A stretch of 28,359 nt of DNA, taken from positions 1-28,359 of IMG/VR virus record IMGVR_UViG_3300049070_000021; one strand, given 5' to 3'. Under the pieces are notes generated by a model. It ran no database searches. It was not told the origin of the DNA and saw only the letters and a program-made list of their open reading frames with translations. This stretch comes from a virus (lineage: Duplodnaviria > Caudoviricetes). The position numbers and the translations under genes were made by a program. Within the stretch, counting starts at the first letter, position 1. Each line of letters begins with the position of its first letter. Shown here one piece after another: positions 22,745 through 28,359 of the stretch.

Positions 22745-23017
22745 CTAGGAGTGCGTGAGTCTAACTGCATCGCATCTCCCAGTATCGTAGAGCGTGTAAA
22801 CGATTGTCTGAATGGGAATCTCTTTCATCCCATTCGAGTGAATAGTTCCCCACTTGATAGCATAGCGTGTTTCATGCTTGAAACGCACAGCTTCAAATGA
22901 GGCCCAGTTTCGAGGACTTGCATTTAACTCGCGCCAATCTTCCAATACGAGTGCTGCAAGCTCTTGATTAGTGATGCCCGGCTTCATAGTTTTATCACAG
23001 TTAAGCATCTTCTTCAT
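22745..23017 (-). CDS. Hypothetical protein
   Basis: 90-aa ORF in the operon strand; exact start uncertain. Confidence 0.5.
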   Translation of the reverse strand: MKKMLNCDKTMKPGITNQELAALVLEDWRELNASPRNWASFEAVRFKHETRYAIKWGTIHSNGMKEIPIQTIVYTLYDTGRCDAVRLTHS

Positions 23018-23282
23018 CCTTGAAAGTTTCGGCCCACTCTTCTGGAGTAATGCCGGTCATTAGAAATTCGCGTTCATCAGGAGTAAGGAATCTGAATGCA
23101 TCCTGAATGAACCTACCATTCATCCAGTAATACCATCCCTGATTCATGTCCTCGATGGACGCATTGACGATAAGAGTCTTGTTACTTCCTTTCGCTCCAA
23201 TCAGGGTGACAGTAGATTTGTCTCTACCTGCTGGAGAAATTTGAAACGTGAGGCCAAGGGGATTGTATCTATTGAGAATCAT
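23001..23282 (-). CDS. Conserved phage hypothetical protein
   Basis: IQDAF.FLTPDEREFLMTGITPEEW motif is recurrent in phage early regions. Confidence 0.7.
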   Translation of the reverse strand: MILNRYNPLGLTFQISPAGRDKSTVTLIGAKGSNKTLIVNASIEDMNQGWYYWMNGRFIQDAFRFLTPDEREFLMTGITPEEWAETFKDEEDA

Positions 23283-23480
23283 TTAGATATCCCATCCCTT
23301 TTCACGCTTGTCCGCGCACGAATTGCAGTAAGCGTAATCACGCTTGATTTTAACTCTACGTCCACAGCCCTGACACTTCTTCCACACAGATTCACGCTGA
23401 GTCTGCTTGTAGAACTCGCGCATATCGGGGTCATCCATGTCATGCCATTCACCGTAGTTGTCATCATAGTAAGTAGCCAT
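23283..23480 (-). CDS. Small zinc-finger protein
   Basis: CQGC...CNSC; AGGAG RBS. Confidence 0.7.
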   Translation of the reverse strand: MATYYDDNYGEWHDMDDPDMREFYKQTQRESVWKKCQGCGRRVKIKRDYAYCNSCADKREKGWDI

Positions 23481-23644
23481 TATCGTTACTCCTATATGCC
23501 GTTACTGTTAACCTGCGACGGCCTCAGCGCAGTAACCAAACGACTCAAAGTTAAAGTAAAATTGTAAAGTTTGCTTAGCCCGGTGGTTGCGACATTTCAG
23601 CACCTCTACCTTAGTCATTGTGGCTGGTCAGGCCACAGTTAAAA

Positions 23645-25750
23645 TTAGGAAGCCTTCTTGTGCTTCTGCTTGTAGCCTCGCACGATAGCTTCCGCAAGTT
23701 CCTTTGCCAACGAGTTTTCATTCCACGTAGGCAATTCACCCTTGTTCATGGTATTGTGGAATGCCACTCGCTTACGTTCCACGATACCATCCAACGTCGA
23801 GTCAATAGCTGTAAGCCCTTCCATGTGAGCATATGTAGCATTGACTGACGTAGCCTGCTGTCCGATACGAATGAATCTACCCTCTGCCTGTTCCTCGTTA
23901 GCAGGATTCCACTGACGTTCATGCATCACACAATCAGCGCATGTTTGAAGGTTCAATCCTTCACCTGCTGCCAGCGTGGATGCAACCATTAATGCACGAG
24001 GACTACGATTGAACAATTCCTGCGCGTTGAATCGTTCCTCGCCATTCATGGCTGAAGTAAGTTTGAGAACTGGCATATCATTCCCAAACTTTTCTTTTAG
24101 ATTTTCATACAACATAGCACCAACGTCCTGATGCTGCACGAAAATCACGAGCTTGCGGTCGGTATCCTCTACAAACTCCTCAACAAATTCCTCAGTAGCA
24201 GGCATCTTAGCCAATCCAATGAGGTGACGCATCTTTGCCATAGCAGCAAGAATATGCATCCCTGCAATGTTCTCGGCCTGTTCCTGATACCATTTCACGA
24301 AAGCCTCTACAGCTTCATCATATACAGACTCCTGAGTGGGGTCCATACGAACGTAGAGCTTAGTGCGATTAACGAGTGGTAATTCACTCATTACTTCACT
24401 ACGCTCACGACGAATACAAAGGTCTTTCACGAACTCACGGAACTTCTCAGGATTACGGATACCGCCTTCCATTAAGCGATTACCCTGCCAGTAGGTGTTA
24501 ACCCACGTCTTTTTGAAGTGCTCACCAGAATAGAATTTCTGGGGGTCCATCATGTTGAACACTGGGAACAATTCACTACCACGATTCTTCCACGGTGTTC
24601 CTGACAGTGGGATTACTTTACGGCCCTTAACTACACGGCGAACTTGCTGCGTGCGCGTGGAATCAGGGTTCTTAATCTGCTGGCATTCATCGAGGACTAC
24701 ACACTTGATACCAATGGTATCGAACTTCGTAATATCAAAGCCCTGATGAATGTCCTTACCATTCTTTGATTTACGAACTTTCGGCACCAGCATATCGTAG
24801 CCGACGATGTAATGCTTCAGGCCGGGAATGAGAAAGTCATTACTCTTTTCAATAATCTGTGGAACGTGGTCATCACCCATCCACAGCACGATTGATTTAG
24901 CAAACTGGAACTTCAATCCAGACTTGACTACCCACAACGTAGGCCACAGTTCAGGATGATACTTGATTACACCTTCCGCTTGGATGGTTTTACCAAGTCC
25001 CATTTCATCGAATACAGCACCGCCCATATTAACGGCAAGTGCCATTTCAAGGAACTGCATACCTTCAATCTGGAACTGATATGGACGAGCACGCCCACAC
25101 AATTTGCAGAGATTCTTATTCCAGTCGTGGTTACAGTTAATGTCTCCACCCATCTGGAACAAGTGGAATGGAGTGCCCTTTGGAATCTTTTTGATGATGG
25201 TATGGCCGCACTCAAGAGTAATTACCTTGAGATTAGGCCGCGTATCATCATTGTTCTCAATGAGCGTTTCCTTAGCGGTTTTCGCTACTTTGCCACAGTA
25301 TTCGCAACGGTCCTGCAACCGAGTAATGTTATACTTTGGTCGGCGGACAGTTTCCTCTACTTTGACAATCTTAGTTACAACTTCTTCCTCGAATGTAACT
25401 TCGACTGTAGCACCGCTACGAATAGCGTCAATTACTCGTGGGTCCAATGCCATCGAGCATGTAGGAGATGTATTCAGGCAACCTAATTCCATTGCCTTAT
25501 CACCCCATACTTTATCGTGCCCGTGGCCGGGAGTAAGCGCGTGCGCTACTTCATGTAGGATTGTATCCTTTACCTCAGCGGTCGGATGCGTGTCAATATG
25601 ATGCGCGTTAAGAATAATCACCTTATCCTTATACGAGCACATACCAACATACGACTGATTAATGTCGGGGTTAATACGAACACCCCAATCATTTAAGCCG
25701 TGCTTGTTTAATTCATCACGGCAATACTGCGCCGCCTCTTGTCTTGTCAT
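23645..25750 (-). CDS. SprT-like metalloprotease fused to SNF2-family (SF2) helicase/ATPase
   Basis: N-terminal GMC...ILHEVAHALTPGHGHDKVW; Cys-rich linker; DEMGLGKT, LDECQ, LSGTP, AGEGLNL, QAEGRFIRIGQ. Confidence 0.9.
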   Translation of the reverse strand: MTRQEAAQYCRDELNKHGLNDWGVRINPDINQSYVGMCSYKDKVIILNAHHIDTHPTAEVKDTILHEVAHALTPGHGHDKVWGDKAMELGCLNTSPTCSMALDPRVIDAIRSGATVEVTFEEEVVTKIVKVEETVRRPKYNITRLQDRCEYCGKVAKTAKETLIENNDDTRPNLKVITLECGHTIIKKIPKGTPFHLFQMGGDINCNHDWNKNLCKLCGRARPYQFQIEGMQFLEMALAVNMGGAVFDEMGLGKTIQAEGVIKYHPELWPTLWVVKSGLKFQFAKSIVLWMGDDHVPQIIEKSNDFLIPGLKHYIVGYDMLVPKVRKSKNGKDIHQGFDITKFDTIGIKCVVLDECQQIKNPDSTRTQQVRRVVKGRKVIPLSGTPWKNRGSELFPVFNMMDPQKFYSGEHFKKTWVNTYWQGNRLMEGGIRNPEKFREFVKDLCIRRERSEVMSELPLVNRTKLYVRMDPTQESVYDEAVEAFVKWYQEQAENIAGMHILAAMAKMRHLIGLAKMPATEEFVEEFVEDTDRKLVIFVQHQDVGAMLYENLKEKFGNDMPVLKLTSAMNGEERFNAQELFNRSPRALMVASTLAAGEGLNLQTCADCVMHERQWNPANEEQAEGRFIRIGQQATSVNATYAHMEGLTAIDSTLDGIVERKRVAFHNTMNKGELPTWNENSLAKELAEAIVRGYKQKHKKAS

Positions 25751-25756
25751 GATGAA

Positions 25757-26455
25757 TTACTCCGTGTATTTGCCGAGTTTTACGGCTAAGTCTTTTGCAG
25801 CGTTTTCCACCGTCCAGTTCTTAGCTGTAACCAACATCTGAACCGCAGTAGCGTGGGAACCATCAAGATTAAACTTCTTGATAGCTGCATTCAGTTCCTC
25901 GCGGGAGAACTTTTTCTTACTAGTTCTCGGTGATGCTGGCTTTACAGTCTTAGGAGGCGCTGGCTGATAGTTTACATCAAACTGCTTGAACTTCTCACGA
26001 AGCTCCCCGCGAAGTGTAGACGCAGCTTGCTGAACTTGCGTCTGCCACATACGCATTTTGTTTTCGTTTTCCAGCAATTCCTGACGCTGGTCGAAAACAG
26101 TCTTTTGAAACTTCAGGAAACGTTCGAGGCAGGCATTAGCGTATACGTATTGCTTTTGGTCGGCTGGAATGTTCTCGTCATTCTCAATAGCCGCTTTAAG
26201 CTCTACAGACGCTACAGTAGCAGCATTGAATAAATCCGTCTTTACTACAACGGATTCATCAATCTTAGCAGCCGCGTGGAGCGTAGCATTAACACGAGCC
26301 TGCACGTTCTCAGGCTTCATGTTTTCAGTAGTGAGTTTACGCTCTTTTTCGATGCATTCATCGCACATCCAGATATTGCCGTATGTGCATGTAGTCTTAA
26401 GATTGGTGTTAGCGCACACTTCACAATCTTGTATTTTAGTCTGATTGACAGCCAT
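25757..26455 (-). CDS. Hypothetical protein with N-terminal zinc finger and coiled coil
   Basis: CEVC...CDEC followed by long helical segments; 232 aa. Confidence 0.7.
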   Translation of the reverse strand: MAVNQTKIQDCEVCANTNLKTTCTYGNIWMCDECIEKERKLTTENMKPENVQARVNATLHAAAKIDESVVVKTDLFNAATVASVELKAAIENDENIPADQKQYVYANACLERFLKFQKTVFDQRQELLENENKMRMWQTQVQQAASTLRGELREKFKQFDVNYQPAPPKTVKPASPRTSKKKFSREELNAAIKKFNLDGSHATAVQMLVTAKNWTVENAAKDLAVKLGKYTE

Positions 26456-26456
26456 G

Positions 26457-26627
26457 TTATCGCGCTACCTTTCTGCTAACAGTAGCACGATGCACCTGAT
26501 TGTCACTGTGACGATTGCAGGCGCCTACACGCAGGGAGGGGTCCACAGCAACCGTATTATCAATCAATACGGGATACTTGCGAACGCGCTTCACTTTCTT
26601 ACAGACTGTGCAGTAGAATCTTTTCAT
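26457..26627 (-). CDS. 56-aa basic zinc-finger microprotein (not in ORF track)
   Basis: MKRFYCTVCKKVKRVRKYPVLIDNTVAVDPSLRVGACNRH...; GAAAGGA RBS; stop 2 nt before the next ATG. Confidence 0.65.
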   Translation of the reverse strand: MKRFYCTVCKKVKRVRKYPVLIDNTVAVDPSLRVGACNRHSDNQVHRATVSRKVAR

Positions 26628-26660
26628 GATGTTTTCCGTCCTTTCGGATGCGGTTGTTGG

Positions 26661-26885
26661 CTACTTCGTTTCGAGCTTGCTGTGAATGTCGCGGATATTC
26701 TTTCCAACGCGAACACGCAGCGTAAATGGTTTATTGGAGCGCACGACATTAGGTCCATCGCTATACTGCGATAGAACGTTGCCCTGCTCTACAATGTCGT
26801 ATTGCTTGTAAATGCTGCCAGTGGGGGAAGTGCAGCCTTTAGGTAGGCGGATTACATGCGGTGGTCTTACATGCCGTTTACTCAC
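26661..26885 (-). CDS. Small basic hypothetical protein, first gene behind the sigma54-like promoter
   Basis: GTG start with GAAAGGA RBS; 74 aa. Confidence 0.6.
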   Translation of the reverse strand: MSKRHVRPPHVIRLPKGCTSPTGSIYKQYDIVEQGNVLSQYSDGPNVVRSNKPFTLRVRVGKNIRDIHSKLETK

Positions 26886-26960
26886 TTTTCACGTCCTTTC
26901 GGATTACGTGTAACCGATTGTATGTAACCGCAGGGGCAGCCGGGCGGCACCCTGATACAG

Positions 26961-26976
26961 TGCAAAATCCGTTCCC
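26961..26976 (-). promoter_or_regulatory. Putative sigma54 (-24/-12) promoter
   Basis: Minus strand GGGAACGGATTTTGCA has exact GG-N10-GC spacing and a TTGCA -12 box, in a 190-nt intergenic gap facing the downstream operon. Confidence 0.6.
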
Positions 26977-27012
26977 GGTCTGAAGTCGCCTAAGTCCTTT
27001 GTTTACAACAAG

Positions 27013-27090
27013 TTACAATTCTGTAAGTGTCGGAAATCGCTACACCGGGAGACAAAGTTACACTGTCAGGCTGACATTACAGAATTGTAA
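27013..27090. repeat. 14-bp perfect inverted repeat (operator/enhancer-like)
   Basis: TTACAATTCTGTAA (27013-27026) and TTACAGAATTGTAA (27077-27090); each copy is itself TTACA-N4-TGTAA. Confidence 0.75.
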
Positions 27091-27421
27091 TATCTTGTAA
27101 TCGCTTCTTGTATACAACTAATGGCTGAGCATATGTGGCTATATCAAGTTGTCTTTGATTATCCTCCATAGCTTTATCCATCATCTTACGAATTAATGTA
27201 ATCATGTCTTTACTGATTACAGCTCCGCCCGGAGGATGAACCCATGATGATACGAACTGTGGAGTAGTCGAGCGCGTAATGCCCATCCACGTCCCTACAG
27301 TAGCATCATTTAGTCCCCAATCTATTCCATATAGCTTGTCTATTGCTTGCTTAGGTCTGTATGGAATGAGTGGAGCTAGAGGGACAGCCAATAGAGCGCG
27401 CATGAAGGTGCGTCTATCCAT
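27077..27421 (-). CDS. Twin-arginine-motif protein B with putative capsid-like segment
   Basis: MDRRTFMRALLAVPLAPL; GGAG RBS; internal LYGIDWGLNDATVGTWMGITRSTTP. Confidence 0.7.
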   Translation of the reverse strand: MDRRTFMRALLAVPLAPLIPYRPKQAIDKLYGIDWGLNDATVGTWMGITRSTTPQFVSSWVHPPGGAVISKDMITLIRKMMDKAMEDNQRQLDIATYAQPLVVYKKRLQDITIL

Positions 27422-27701
27422 TCTTTATCTCCAAAGGTATGCGAATATCACCTGTGCCAACTACTATAGATTGCTTAGATAGAGCACGATAGAACATATC
27501 GTCACGCTCGAATAGCTGGCGTATCTTAGGCGTAAGACGTTCTATTTCGAGCGCGATAATCTGTGATTCAGTTAATCTGTGTATAGATCTGGATGGCAGG
27601 AATATAGTCTTCTGCCCCGGTATCCACAGTAACTTATCGAGGTCTAATGTGTGAGCTACACCTGAAGCCAGTATAGCGCGTATGAAGGCACGGCGATTCA
27701 C
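27414..27701 (-). CDS. Twin-arginine-motif protein A with putative capsid N-terminal segment
   Basis: MNRRAFIRAILASGVA..LD.DKLLWIPGQKTIFLP; GTG start overlapping the upstream TGA; then ESQIIALEIERLTPKIRQLFERDDMFY...IRIPLEI. Confidence 0.7.
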   Translation of the reverse strand: MNRRAFIRAILASGVAHTLDLDKLLWIPGQKTIFLPSRSIHRLTESQIIALEIERLTPKIRQLFERDDMFYRALSKQSIVVGTGDIRIPLEIKNG

Positions 27702-27964
27702 TTTATCCCCTTTTCTTTTAGGAATGCATCCAATACATCAATGTCTACTCCAAGTGTGCATTGTTCACACTCAGGCATATCCATCTGCATTGATTCTTCA
27801 GTCATAGTGAATTGTTCACCGCACTTCCAGCATATTGAACGTTTCCCTACAATGACATGCGCTAATCCCTGATGCACAAACCATTTACATCCGTCTAACG
27901 CGCATCGCCAAGTGCTAACGTGCTTACCAGAAACGCGCATGAACTGATGCGTATGTTTTACCAT
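27698..27964 (-). CDS. Zinc-binding protein, first gene of the early operon
   Basis: HTH...C-x4-C...CWKC...CEQC; AGGAG RBS. Confidence 0.7.
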   Translation of the reverse strand: MVKHTHQFMRVSGKHVSTWRCALDGCKWFVHQGLAHVIVGKRSICWKCGEQFTMTEESMQMDMPECEQCTLGVDIDVLDAFLKEKGIK

Positions 27965-27987
27965 TGTGTTCTCCTACATAATGTGAT

Positions 27988-28214
27988 TACATGTAATGTC
28001 CTATTTAGAGGACAGGTGTGTCTGTGTGTCCATCATATCATACCCTCCGGGGGGTTGTCAAGGGCAGGGGTTCAGGATTACATTTAATAATTATAAAAAA
28101 AAAAAAAAATAAAAAAAACTAAAACCTCTTCTCGACGGCTTGGTAGTGTGCCCTAGTGCCCCTATAGAGGTAACACACACACACACACATCCACTTTTGA
28201 GGACATTACATGTA
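27988..28214. repeat. Imperfect inverted repeat flanking the promoter and poly(A) tract
   Basis: TACATGTAATGTCCT (27988-28002) is the exact reverse complement of 28200-28214; similarity continues into GT-rich versus (CA)n tracts. Confidence 0.7.
28032..28061 (-). promoter_or_regulatory. Sigma70-type early promoter
   Basis: TTGACA-N18-TATGAT with extended -10 TG, an upstream A/T tract, about 70 nt before the first minus-strand ATG. Confidence 0.75.
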
Positions 28215-28286
28215 TTTTATACGAATGGCGCACAGCTTATGCGGGGTTCGCACGGTTACGTGCGAGCTGTATGTAGGAGGGAATGT

Positions 28287-28317
28287 AAAAGGAGGGGAGG
28301 TTTGCTGTCCCTCCCCT
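28287..28317 (-). terminator. Probable intrinsic terminator for a transcript entering from the right
   Basis: AGGGGAGG / CCTCCCCT 8-bp stem followed on the minus strand by CCTTTT. Confidence 0.5.
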
Positions 28318-28359
28318 TACGTGTTACTGGAGTGTAGATTCCGCGAGTGCGATTGCTTC

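Noticed and set aside
22582-22770. 62-aa minus-strand ORF
   Set aside because: Overlaps both neighbours substantially and has no motif; it could be real but cannot be supported.
23481-23644. Gap with a TGTGGC/GCCACA hairpin and a 36-codon minus-strand ORF
   Set aside because: No convincing RBS or motif, and the 6-bp stem lacks a U-tract; too weak to call.
24956-25601. Plus-strand ORFs of 176 and 165 aa
   Set aside because: Antisense to the well-supported SprT-SNF2 gene; no recognisable motifs.
28140-28337. 65-aa plus-strand ORF in the right-hand non-coding region
   Set aside because: Runs through the (CA)n tract and a hairpin, has a TTG start with no RBS; likely spurious.

Overview
About 28 kb of a tailed dsDNA bacteriophage genome with podovirus-like organisation, in two convergent arms that meet at 12353-12356. 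The + arm (1-12356) is the late/virion module: a 5'-truncated tail protein, small tail accessory genes (one broken by a 1-nt frameshift), a beta-helix tail fibre/spike, a peptidase M15 endolysin with a lipoprotein, a GNAT-like protein, and three putative ejection proteins. The largest of these (1527 aa) carries an internal Hsp90/rIIA-type GHKL ATPase and an HExxH metallopeptidase. The - arm (12353-27964) is the early/replication module: two cold-shock-domain proteins, a DUF3987-type ATPase, a family A DNA polymerase with an N-terminal family-4 UDG-like domain, a DUF669-like SSB, an AAA_24/Sak4-like ATPase, a PD-(D/E)XK nuclease, a SprT-SNF2 fusion and many small proteins. It appears to be driven by a sigma70-type promoter near 28050 and an internal sigma54-type promoter near 26970. 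The most striking oddity is a pair of immediate-early genes encoding twin-arginine (Tat) signal peptides fused to what look like fragments of a major capsid protein. All family assignments come from motif recognition by eye; no database search was run.
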